Positions 49,380 through 58,508 of a stretch of DNA of 64,000 bases are shown here, piece after piece. Source of the stretch: Gemmatimonadota bacterium (GTDB lineage: Bacteria > Gemmatimonadota > Gemmatimonadetes > Gemmatimonadales > GWC2-71-9); assembly GCA_036679605.1 (NCBI GenBank), contig JAZDCZ010000254.1:1-64000 (forward strand), given 5' to 3'. The notes under the pieces were generated by a model. The model was not told the DNA's origin. It worked only from the letters and a program-made list of their open reading frames with translations, and did not search any database. Both the position numbers and the translations under genes were made by a program. The first letter of the stretch is position 1. Each line of letters opens with the position of its first letter.

Positions 49380-52292
49380 GGACCGATACTGTTGATCCTG
49401 GCGCTGGTTGCTGCGGCATGTGCTCCTCGCCCTACGACAGTGGAACTGGAGTTTCGTGAGGGTACACTGATGGAGGTCGTCCCTTCCCCGGACGGCCGCA
49501 GTTTGGCGCTCCAACTTTGGCAGCACATCTGGATTCTCGATGCAGATGGGGGAGAAGCCCGCCGCCTCACGAATCCCATCAATCCGCCGGACGAGCACTG
49601 GTTTCCACGCTGGTCTCCTGACGGCAGCCTCATCGCATACTCCTCAATGCGCGCCGACGCCGGAATTGTCGTTGTGCCCGTGTCTGGTGGATCATCCGAA
49701 CGGCTCACGGATGGTGAATTTGATGCTTGGCCTGACTGGTCACCCGACGGGGGCACGATGGTCTTCAGTCGATACACAGGCGGCATCTGGACGATCCCGT
49801 CAGAGGGAGGAACCCCACAACGTCTAACGCCCGATACTCTTCAGGCGACAACACCGGCGTGGTCACCTGATGGACAGTGGATTGCGTTTAGCTCCAATGG
49901 TCGGCTGCATATCATTAATCCAAACGGTGGGTCCATCCGGGAAGTCACCGTCGGACCGGGAGACGAGGCACCGTCCTGGTCGGCGTCGGGTGGTCAACTC
50001 TTTTTCCTATCGAGCCGGTCGGGAAACCGACAAATCTGGTCTGTTTCCCTCGACGGAGGGGAGCTTCGACAGCTGACTGATGACGAGGACGTGTATCCTT
50101 TCGCCCCTCATTGGATGCCCGGGCGAAATGCCGTTGTCTATGCCGCCGGCGGAAGGATACGCACGCTGGATCCCACGAGCGGGACCAAGGACTCCATCCC
50201 CTTTGTGGCTCGTTTGTCTTTGCCAAGGCCCACCTACGCCCGCAAGAGACCCGAGATCCCAGCGGGTGGAACACGTGTTCCGGTGCGCGGAATTTACAAG
50301 CCCGCGCCCTCTCCGGATGGAAGTCACATAGCGTTCGCCGCACTGGGTGACCTGTGGCTGTGGGACGAGGATGGACGCACCGAGCAGCTGACCTCCGGCC
50401 CAGCCGACGACGGGGATGTGGCCTGGTCGCCCGATGGTCGCGCGATTGGATTCGTATCCGACGATCTCGGGGATTATCAGCTGTATGTACTCGAACTCGC
50501 GACCAGGGAGCGCCGACGGGTCACCAACGGCCTCGGCCAAACCGAAAATCCGATCTGGCATCCCTCTGGTGACAGTATCGTTTTTGTTCAGCGACCGTGG
50601 ACACAGGGCACCCCCACGTTGCAGATAGTCGCTCTCACCGGCGGACCGAGTCGACCCATTACCCATGCCAGAGCAATTGATGTGAAGCCGCTCGGCTGGG
50701 CTGCAGACGGCCAAAGTTTGCTGTACCAACAACTCTCGTTTGATCCCCAAACCTTTGAAATGACGACGACGGTCATGCAGCAGGGCTCGGAAGGGCCGCG
50801 TCCAATCCTGGAAGGACAATTTCGGGGGCAACTGGATTTTGTCGCGCTGTCGCACGATGCCCAGCGATGGGCCTACGTTGATAGAGGCGAACTCTACATC
50901 CGTTCGTTGGACGCCGACTCGGTCGGGAGGAGGGTGGGGACGCGTGCGGCTTACTTCCCGGCATGGTCTGCCGACGGAAACCTAGTGTATACCAGCGGTG
51001 GAAAGCTGAGACGGGTCGATGTCACTACCGGCAGAGACCGGGATCTTCTACTCGATCTGGCCTACGAAGTACCTAGTGCCGGAACACTCGTGGTGCGGAA
51101 CGCACGATTGCTCACGCCGGAACCTCGGGAAGGACTGTGGGACCTGTTTCTCGCGGATGGCTTGATAGAGTCGATACAACCGAGCGGGGGCCAACCGCTG
51201 GAAGCTGATTCCGTAATAGATGTGGAAGGGCGGATTGTCATGCCGGGACTTATGGACCTTCATGCGCATGTCTTCCGAGGGAGTTTTCCTGCAGAGGGGT
51301 ACTTGTACTGGGGCGTGACGTCGATTGGAAGTGCTGGTGGCGAGGGGCACTGGACAGTTCAGCTTAGGGAGTCGATCGAAGCTGGGCGAAAGAGCGGTCC
51401 ACGGATTTTTCCAGCCGGAGGGTTCGTCGTTGCCAGCGGGATGAACGCGTTTCCGCAAATGCTTCGTGTCGATACGGAAGAGCAGCTCGAACGACACCTG
51501 GATCACCTGGCGGGGCTTGGAGCGACACAGATCAAGCACTACCAGCGACGCAACCCCTGGATCGAAGCGGCTACGGTTAGCGCCGCGCACCGGCGGGGCA
51601 TACCGGTCCTGTCACATTTTATCGCACCGGCAGCCGTTGCCGTCGGTCTCGACCGAAAAGAGCATGCCTTCTACTCAGCATGGAATGGGGAGGTGACGGC
51701 GCAATATCGGCAGGACGTCCTTGAGATCCTCGAGAAGACCAGCATCACACTGACCCCGACGTTGGCGTTCGCCGGTACGCCGTTAGACTCGTCGGGAACC
51801 GATCGCATTCAACCCGACTTTTCCGACCCTGAGGTATCCAATTTCCTGCAGCCATCCGCTGTAGGGGTCGTGCAGCGACGGCACGCGAGACGTACCCAGC
51901 AAGCGGGCAGCCCCGAGTCACAGCGTATGTTGCGAGCCATGCTTGCCAACACTGCGGCGGCGCAAGATGGCGGCGTCAGAATAGCCACCGGAACCGATTG
52001 GCAGCCGGGCTACCTAGCCCTGCATTGGGAACTGGCGCTACTCGTCGAGGCGGGGCTCTCACCTCTGGAGGCACTGCGTGCCGCAACGGCGAATGCGGCT
52101 TACGCTCTAGGCATGGATGGTAGGCTCGGTTCAATCGAAGAGGGTGCGGTAGCGGATCTCCTCGTCCTTGACGCAGACCCAATGCAGGATATCCGCAACA
52201 CGCAGAAGATCTATGCCGTTGTGAAGAACGGGCAATTGATCAATCGCAAGAAACTGCTCAATGCCGCACGTACCAAGCATGAAGGTCGTTGA
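49371..52292 (+). CDS. PD40/TolB-repeat amidohydrolase lipoprotein
   Basis: Lipobox VAA-C; many WSPDG repeats; PGLMDLHAH, GTD, ADL.VL..DP..DI.NT. Confidence 0.9.
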   Translation: MARGPILLILALVAAACAPRPTTVELEFREGTLMEVVPSPDGRSLALQLWQHIWILDADGGEARRLTNPINPPDEHWFPRWSPDGSLIAYSSMRADAGIVVVPVSGGSSERLTDGEFDAWPDWSPDGGTMVFSRYTGGIWTIPSEGGTPQRLTPDTLQATTPAWSPDGQWIAFSSNGRLHIINPNGGSIREVTVGPGDEAPSWSASGGQLFFLSSRSGNRQIWSVSLDGGELRQLTDDEDVYPFAPHWMPGRNAVVYAAGGRIRTLDPTSGTKDSIPFVARLSLPRPTYARKRPEIPAGGTRVPVRGIYKPAPSPDGSHIAFAALGDLWLWDEDGRTEQLTSGPADDGDVAWSPDGRAIGFVSDDLGDYQLYVLELATRERRRVTNGLGQTENPIWHPSGDSIVFVQRPWTQGTPTLQIVALTGGPSRPITHARAIDVKPLGWAADGQSLLYQQLSFDPQTFEMTTTVMQQGSEGPRPILEGQFRGQLDFVALSHDAQRWAYVDRGELYIRSLDADSVGRRVGTRAAYFPAWSADGNLVYTSGGKLRRVDVTTGRDRDLLLDLAYEVPSAGTLVVRNARLLTPEPREGLWDLFLADGLIESIQPSGGQPLEADSVIDVEGRIVMPGLMDLHAHVFRGSFPAEGYLYWGVTSIGSAGGEGHWTVQLRESIEAGRKSGPRIFPAGGFVVASGMNAFPQMLRVDTEEQLERHLDHLAGLGATQIKHYQRRNPWIEAATVSAAHRRGIPVLSHFIAPAAVAVGLDRKEHAFYSAWNGEVTAQYRQDVLEILEKTSITLTPTLAFAGTPLDSSGTDRIQPDFSDPEVSNFLQPSAVGVVQRRHARRTQQAGSPESQRMLRAMLANTAAAQDGGVRIATGTDWQPGYLALHWELALLVEAGLSPLEALRAATANAAYALGMDGRLGSIEEGAVADLLVLDADPMQDIRNTQKIYAVVKNGQLINRKKLLNAARTKHEGR

Positions 52293-52360
52293 GACGGTGG
52301 AACGCGCTAAGCTCAACCCCGCGATAGCAACAGTATTCGAGTACTTGTCAAGTTGACCGT

Positions 52361-52457
52361 GCGCCCTGGACCCAGCGCGGGTCACCGCAACTGATGTGCA
52401 AGGAGGAACCGATGGCCACTCGTAGCGCAATACACTTTCTCTCGATGCTCACGCTCA
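52361..52457 (+). repeat. Repeated leader element, partial copy 3 (3' hairpin, RBS, signal-peptide start)
   Basis: CGCCCTGGACCCAGCGCGGGTCACCGCAACTGATG...AGGAGGAACCGATGGCC matches the 3' ends of copies 1 and 2. Confidence 0.8.
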
Positions 52458-53764
52458 TTGGGGCGACTCCGGTGACAGTCCCGCTGCATGCCGCGTCGGC
52501 AACAGGGGCAGTACAGGCTCAAGATTCCACACCGGTCACGCAGATCATGGTCATCGCTGGTGTCCATGAAGCCCACCTCGTCTACCCCCACTACGGCCCT
52601 CAGCACGTGCGCGCCCTCTTGCAGAAGTTTCAGCCTCACGCAGTGGGCGTTGAGAACGATCGCGAGTGGCACGAGCAGCAGAAGCTCGTCTATCCTTTCT
52701 TGGTCGAACTGTACGTCGCCATGGACTGGGCCAGGGATAACGGCATTCCCGCCTACGGGATAGATTGGCACGAACAGACACTCTCGCGGAGCGAGCCCGA
52801 TTCCTCCGGACGGCCTGAGTTCGCCGAAAAAGTTCTTGCCGGAGATCCCGAAACCAGAAATCTGATAGCACGAGGAGGAGACGCTGTCACTCGCCAGGCG
52901 GCCTCACTAGTCTATTCCAATATCCGGCAAGATGCTCTCTACATGCATACCGCGGCTATCGTGGAGGGGATGAAGACGTTCGAAAGCTGGCCCGCTGAGT
53001 GGAAGGAGGCGATCGGTACGCGCGATCAGCACATCGCCGACAACGTCTTGGCTGTCGTGAAGAAGGGGCACGTACAAAGACTGGCCATCGTGATTGGGGG
53101 AGGACACGAGCCGGGGCTGCGCAAACGCTTGTCTGACGAGCCTGGCGTTGAATGGGTTGATGCAGTCGAGCTTCTGCCGCTCAGCAACATGGAAGAACAA
53201 CCCAAGCTGGGCGACGTCTACTGGCTCCTGTCGCGGCACCTGGACGGGATCGACATGGAATGGAACCGGCAGCAGCACGACTGGCGCCGCACGCACGATC
53301 TGCTCCAAAGAGCCCTCAGCGAAGCGCCGGACTCGGCAGTGACTCGATATTTTCAGGCGCGTTGGGACTGGTGGATGGGAAACGCCGGAAAGGCCGAGAA
53401 GGGATTACAGGAGCTGACAGAACTCGATCCCGACTTCGCGTTTCCGTTTCCGATAAACAGCATCTGGCAATGGCCCCCGCTCTCGAGTGTGCGAGCGAAG
53501 GCGATGTTGAGCTTGGCGAATCTGTACGACTATCGGGGTGAGCGAGACAAGGCGCTCGCTCTCTATGGTGAGCTGGTGCAATTAGGTGAATCGCTTAACG
53601 TGTACGGACATCAGCGCGCGTTCTTTAGCTACGACGTGCGCGGGTACATCGCGAGCTTCCTCGAGGAACCCTACTGTCGATGTGAGGAAGAGTGGTATCG
53701 GCCGAAAGGCTACGGCTACGTCCACACGCCTGGAGATCTCAAGACGGTACCGTGGGTCTGGTAG
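52412..53764 (+). CDS. Exported protein, putative TraB/TIKI/ChaN-like domain plus TPR-like tail
   Basis: Signal peptide; GVHEAH, P.AVGVE, RD.HIA.N, IVIG.GH. Confidence 0.55.
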   Translation: MATRSAIHFLSMLTLIGATPVTVPLHAASATGAVQAQDSTPVTQIMVIAGVHEAHLVYPHYGPQHVRALLQKFQPHAVGVENDREWHEQQKLVYPFLVELYVAMDWARDNGIPAYGIDWHEQTLSRSEPDSSGRPEFAEKVLAGDPETRNLIARGGDAVTRQAASLVYSNIRQDALYMHTAAIVEGMKTFESWPAEWKEAIGTRDQHIADNVLAVVKKGHVQRLAIVIGGGHEPGLRKRLSDEPGVEWVDAVELLPLSNMEEQPKLGDVYWLLSRHLDGIDMEWNRQQHDWRRTHDLLQRALSEAPDSAVTRYFQARWDWWMGNAGKAEKGLQELTELDPDFAFPFPINSIWQWPPLSSVRAKAMLSLANLYDYRGERDKALALYGELVQLGESLNVYGHQRAFFSYDVRGYIASFLEEPYCRCEEEWYRPKGYGYVHTPGDLKTVPWVW

Positions 53765-53781
53765 CCAGGGGGCTTCGCGAC

Positions 53782-56700
53782 TTGATCGCTCGAATACTGG
53801 CCCCTCCCATCGCGCGCCACGGAGTTTGGCTCTTTGCGCTTGGTGTCTCAGTCGCCTTCCTCACCAGCTGCTGGGACTTCCACTCGAACCAGCGAGAGAT
53901 CTCGGTACAGCTTTACGAAGGGACTGATCTCTCGTTCGATCTCTCGCCTGACGGACGCTGGATCGTGCTCGACCTGGTCGGCCAGCTGTGGCAGTTGCCG
54001 CTTGGCGGCGGAGACGCTGTGGCACTGACCGACGCCGTGCGCGACACCGTCGAGGCCCACGAGCCCAGATGGGCGCCCGATGGCACGAGCGTGCTGTTCT
54101 GGCGGGGTTACTCGCTGGGACTGATGAAACCGCTATGGCTGCTGTCACTGGACTCCGGCCACACGCGCGCATTGGTGGCCGATACGATCCGGCTCTTCGA
54201 GCCGGCCTGGAGCCCGAGCGGCAAGATGCTCGCGGTGGTGCGCTCCCAGAACCGCGCTCGCCCCAATGACCGCAGCCTACACCTCTACGACATGGCGACC
54301 GGCGAGCTGACACCCATGCCGACCCAGGGCCTGCCTGCGAACACACGCAACACGCTCCATATGCCCACATGGTCGCCGGACGGACGCGCCGTCGCCGTCG
54401 TCGTCGGTGCTGCAGAGGGGCCGATCTGGGAAGTGGACGTCGAGACCGGAGACGCGGTTCGACTGACCCCTCAGGGAGTGCGGGGCACGCATCCCACGTA
54501 TTCCCCCGACGGTGTTTCCATCGCCTACGTCGCGCCGGACGCCGATAGCAACGCTCAGCTCTGGGTGCAGCGACGCGGAGCACCGGGGCGACGGCAGCTC
54601 ACGGAGACGGCTGACGGCACAGAACACCTAACGACGGCGTTCGGACGTGTGGTGTGGACTCCGACGGGACACCGCCTCGTCTTCGCGCGCGCTGGGCGGC
54701 TGTGGTCCGTCCCCCGCGAAGGTGGCGACCCGACGGAGATCCCTTTCACGGCCAACGTCCGTTTCTCGCAACAGCGTCCCGAGCTTCCGCCACTGCAGTT
54801 TCCCACACCGGGGAGCGAACAACGCGCCCGCGGCTTCACGGGAATCGCCCTCGCGCCAAGCGCCGACCTTATTGCGCTCATCGCGTTGGACAGTCTCTGG
54901 CTCGTCACGCTCGACGGGCATGCGAGTAGCATTGCAAGCGTGGGCACGAACGCGAGCGGGCTCGCCTGGTCCCCCGACGGTGGGACGCTCGCGTGGAGTG
55001 GGGGTCGGAACGGCGAAGAAAACCTCTTCGCGACCGACATCGCGACGCGGGCCACTGCGCAACTCACAGCTCTGCCCGGCCAGGAGTCACGATCCGCCTG
55101 GTCCCCGGATGGCAGACAGCTTGCCTTCCTGCACGCCGTGCCGCGGGGACGACGGACAGTTGGTCATCTGCGGGTGTTTGCCGTAGACGGCGCACCGATC
55201 GAGCGGGTAGACCAAACGACGGATCTCGGACGTGCACCGGGCGCGAGCCGGTACACCCCGCTCAACCTGGTTCCGCAATGGTCGAGCGACGGATCCAGCT
55301 TGTTTCTCGCCACCTTCGGTGGACGAGTCGCGGTCGTGCCACTCCAGGGTGCCCGCCGCTCGTTGCGGCTCCCTGCTGCGGCCAACTCCGTCCGGTGGAT
55401 CAGCGATGACTCCGTCGTCTTCGTGTACGAGGACCAGTTGCACGCCGCACGTCTCGGCTCCGACTCGACCACCATTGCCGAGGGCCGCCCAATCACCGGT
55501 GACGCTGCGCTATATCCTGTCGTTGCGCGCAACGGCGCGGTGCTGTACGTGTCCGCCGACGGTCTTCGGCTGCGGCGACCGAACGGCGCCACCATCCGAC
55601 TGGGATGGCCGATTCGATTCCGTACCGCGATCCCCCCAGAGTTGGTCATCCGCAACGTGCGATTGGTTGATGCACGGGGGACCGCGCGCGAACCGTCCAA
55701 CATCGTCGTCACTCACGGGCGCATCGAGCAAATCACACGCGGCAGTGCCGTTCCTGCCGCAACCGGTGCAAGGGTCGTTGACGCCGAGGGCCGCTTCCTC
55801 ATCCCCGGCCTTATTGACCTACACGCGCACCCCGTCGACGAGGCTCAGCTCAGGGGTGCACTGTACTTCGGGGTCACGACGCTACGAGACCTTGGAAACC
55901 CGATCGCCCGGGTGGCGGCGTGGCGTGACGCGGTGGCGGCCGGCACGATGTCGGGACCCCGCATCGTCCTGGGTGGTCTCCAGTTCGCTCCAGGGTGTGT
56001 CACGTTCGGAGGCGGGTGGTGCATCTTCTCGGAATTCGTACAACACCCTCCCGATGATTCAGTAGCCGCCCGCGGGCTCGCCCTCGCCCATGCGTTCGGG
56101 ACCGAGACTGTGAAGCTGTACCAGCCACAGTCGCTCCCGGGAGCCCGGCGGTTCATTGAGATGGCACATCGGCTCGGGATGCGGGTGACCGGCCACTATG
56201 GGCACAACCTGCCGTTGCTGGCCGCCGGGATGGATGGGGAAGAGCACACCGGAATGTTTGGTCCGGTGGTGTATCAGGATGTCGCTGCGCTTGCGCACGC
56301 GGCCGGTTTGGTGATAACACCGACGCTCGTGCCCTGGCGATGGTCGATGGCCATCTCGTCCGATACCGCCGTCTTCTCAACTCCCGAACTCGCCCCGTTC
56401 ACGGACCCCGCGACTCGTCGGTTCTTTTCCGGTTCAAGGTTTCGCGCTTCGGCGATCCCGTCCCTGGAGCAGGCCAGTCGCAACCACAGGGCGACTGTTC
56501 GCCGGCTGCACCAGGCCGGAGTGATCATCGGAGCGGGAACGGACCTGTCGGCGCCAACTTGGGCGGTACACGGAGAGATGGAGGAACTCGTGGCGTCGGG
56601 GCTCACTCCCGGGGAGGCCCTCGCCGCCGCGACCTCCACGGCCGCACGCATTCTCGGAGCCGAGAGCGAGATCGGTGCCGTTGCGCCTGGCATGATCGCC

Positions 56701-56820
56701 GACCTCGTCATCCTGGAAGCAGATCCGCTCGTAGATATCCGGAATACGCGAAGGATCTGGGCGGTGATTCAAGGTGGGCGCGTGGTAGATCGCAAGCGGT
56801 TACGCAACCCAGACCCATGA
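53782..56820 (+). CDS. PD40/TolB-repeat amidohydrolase (probable lipoprotein)
   Basis: Lipobox LTS-C; WSPDG repeats; PGLIDLHAH, GTD, ADLVIL.ADPL.DIRNT; start uncertain. Confidence 0.9.
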   Translation: MIARILAPPIARHGVWLFALGVSVAFLTSCWDFHSNQREISVQLYEGTDLSFDLSPDGRWIVLDLVGQLWQLPLGGGDAVALTDAVRDTVEAHEPRWAPDGTSVLFWRGYSLGLMKPLWLLSLDSGHTRALVADTIRLFEPAWSPSGKMLAVVRSQNRARPNDRSLHLYDMATGELTPMPTQGLPANTRNTLHMPTWSPDGRAVAVVVGAAEGPIWEVDVETGDAVRLTPQGVRGTHPTYSPDGVSIAYVAPDADSNAQLWVQRRGAPGRRQLTETADGTEHLTTAFGRVVWTPTGHRLVFARAGRLWSVPREGGDPTEIPFTANVRFSQQRPELPPLQFPTPGSEQRARGFTGIALAPSADLIALIALDSLWLVTLDGHASSIASVGTNASGLAWSPDGGTLAWSGGRNGEENLFATDIATRATAQLTALPGQESRSAWSPDGRQLAFLHAVPRGRRTVGHLRVFAVDGAPIERVDQTTDLGRAPGASRYTPLNLVPQWSSDGSSLFLATFGGRVAVVPLQGARRSLRLPAAANSVRWISDDSVVFVYEDQLHAARLGSDSTTIAEGRPITGDAALYPVVARNGAVLYVSADGLRLRRPNGATIRLGWPIRFRTAIPPELVIRNVRLVDARGTAREPSNIVVTHGRIEQITRGSAVPAATGARVVDAEGRFLIPGLIDLHAHPVDEAQLRGALYFGVTTLRDLGNPIARVAAWRDAVAAGTMSGPRIVLGGLQFAPGCVTFGGGWCIFSEFVQHPPDDSVAARGLALAHAFGTETVKLYQPQSLPGARRFIEMAHRLGMRVTGHYGHNLPLLAAGMDGEEHTGMFGPVVYQDVAALAHAAGLVITPTLVPWRWSMAISSDTAVFSTPELAPFTDPATRRFFSGSRFRASAIPSLEQASRNHRATVRRLHQAGVIIGAGTDLSAPTWAVHGEMEELVASGLTPGEALAAATSTAARILGAESEIGAVAPGMIADLVILEADPLVDIRNTRRIWAVIQGGRVVDRKRLRNPDP

Positions 56821-57002
56821 GAGGCCAGTGGGCTACTGATTGCATCCCACAGTTACTGTTGGGACGCTACCGGGCGTCGCTCTCCTCGACCGATCACCGA
56901 GTTGGCCGGGCTCCTCGGAGCACCATGTGGAAAGCCAGAAGGCGAAGGTTGGTACGCCGCCCCACACGCTTACCTTACTGACAGGACATCCGGCAAAGGA
57001 CG

Positions 57003-57437
57003 ATGAGAATGTCGCGTGAGCCTCTCTCGCGAAGGCACTTTCTAACAACACTGCCCCTGGGCGCGATAGCCGTTTTCGTGAGCACCAAGCCACTGCGCGG
57101 GCTCGATCTGCTTGGCGCAGAACCCACCAAGCATCCGGATCCGCGCCCCGGGATAGATGGCTCAAAGGTCCTGACCGGTGAACAGCTGTACAATCGCGCT
57201 GCACTCCCGGTCTACGACCAGATTCGCGAGATCCCCGAGATCGCGGACAGCATCCATTGTTACTGCGGCTGTGCGGATCTCCCTGAATATTATTCACTCC
57301 TTACGTGCTACGAAGAAGGTGGAATGGCCCAAGGCTGTGATATCTGCCAGGGCCAGGGACGTCTCGTCTACCGACGCCACAAAGAAGGTCAAACTCTCGA
57401 TCAAATCCGAAGAGCCATCGACGCTCGCTTCGCATGA
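57003..57437 (+). CDS. PCYCGC-motif-like Cys-rich protein with Tat signal
   Basis: SRRHFL; HCYCGC...SLL.CY...C.IC. Confidence 0.8.
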   Translation: MRMSREPLSRRHFLTTLPLGAIAVFVSTKPLRGLDLLGAEPTKHPDPRPGIDGSKVLTGEQLYNRAALPVYDQIREIPEIADSIHCYCGCADLPEYYSLLTCYEEGGMAQGCDICQGQGRLVYRRHKEGQTLDQIRRAIDARFA

Positions 57438-57495
57438 CCCGCGTGGGGCGGGGCGGTCGCGATTCCTAGTGCTAGCCCTACTTGGAGGAGATCTC

Positions 57496-58413
57496 ATGAA
57501 AGCCCGTCTTTTCTCGCTGACCGCTGTAGCCACTTTAGCGGGAATCCTCTCTCTTCCTCTGGAGGCCCAGATCCGGGGCAGCGAGCACTCGCTCGTGACC
57601 CAGACGGTGGACGGGACGACGATCTCAGTGGATTACTACCGCCCCCGTGCGCGGGGACGCGATCCCATCTTCGGGGGGGTCGTAGACTGGGGACACCTGT
57701 GGACCCCCGGGGCCAACTGGGCGACCACGTTCGAGTTCAGCAAGGACGTAGAATTGAACGGGCACCCAGTGCCGAAGGGCAAGTACTCGGTGTGGATGAT
57801 TGCGCAGCCGGATCTCTGGGAGGTCATACTGGACCCCAATGACAGCATCTTCCATCTTCTGCGCCCGCCTTTGACCGCAAAGCAGATCCGGATCTCGGTT
57901 ACACCGGTCGAGGGGACGTACGCCGAGGTACTCACCTTTTCGTTCCCGCTCGTCCGGAGCGACGGTACCGACCTCGTCTTCCAATGGGGAACGACCCAAG
58001 TGCCGATGCAGGTGACCGTCCAGAGCACGCAAACGCTCACCGTCGAGCCCGAGGCCGCCGCGCCCTATCCCGGGGTCTACGACGTGGTGGAGGTGGGACC
58101 ACACCACGAAATGCCCCCAGCCGAGCGCACTCGAACGCACTCGCAAATGAAGCTGACCTACTCGGGCGGTCATCTCACAGCGCTTTGGGATATGGGGGGA
58201 AACCAGGGCGACGAGAACGGAGTCGTCGAGGTGATGATGGTGCCGGTCTCGGACCAGGTGTTCCATCTGGGCTGGATGCAGGGCGGAGAGCTGTACGAGA
58301 CCGAAATGGATCTCTGGGTCGAGTTTGTCGTGGAAGACGGCTCGGCGACCGGCTTCAAGGTCCGCTTTGGAATCCTTGACGAGATCGTCTGGGAAGGAAC
58401 CCGGGTGAACTGA
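57496..58413 (+). CDS. DUF2911 domain exported protein with C-terminal extension
   Basis: V.Y.RP..RGR..FG..V..G..W..GAN.AT, G.YS.W; GGAGG SD. Confidence 0.85.
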   Translation: MKARLFSLTAVATLAGILSLPLEAQIRGSEHSLVTQTVDGTTISVDYYRPRARGRDPIFGGVVDWGHLWTPGANWATTFEFSKDVELNGHPVPKGKYSVWMIAQPDLWEVILDPNDSIFHLLRPPLTAKQIRISVTPVEGTYAEVLTFSFPLVRSDGTDLVFQWGTTQVPMQVTVQSTQTLTVEPEAAAPYPGVYDVVEVGPHHEMPPAERTRTHSQMKLTYSGGHLTALWDMGGNQGDENGVVEVMMVPVSDQVFHLGWMQGGELYETEMDLWVEFVVEDGSATGFKVRFGILDEIVWEGTRVN

Positions 58414-58435
58414 GGTGGCAGACAACACCGAGTTC

Positions 58436-58508
58436 GGGCGAGGCATGCGGCGTGAGTAGGGGCGAGGCAGGCGGCGTGAGTAGGGGCAAGGCGTGCCTCG
58501 CCCTCTAC
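58436..58508. repeat. REP-like palindrome preceded by two 24-bp tandem units
   Basis: (GGGCGAGGCAkGCGGCGTGAGTAG)x2 then GTAG-GGGCAAGGC-GT-GCCTCGCCC-TCTAC. Confidence 0.75.

Noticed and set aside
47341..52460. Integron cassette array (repeats as attC sites)
   Set aside because: The repeats lack RYYYAAC/GTTRRRY ends, contain a promoter and RBS, and no integrase is in the window.
58436..58508. CRISPR array
   Set aside because: The units are contiguous with no unique spacers, and there are no cas genes.
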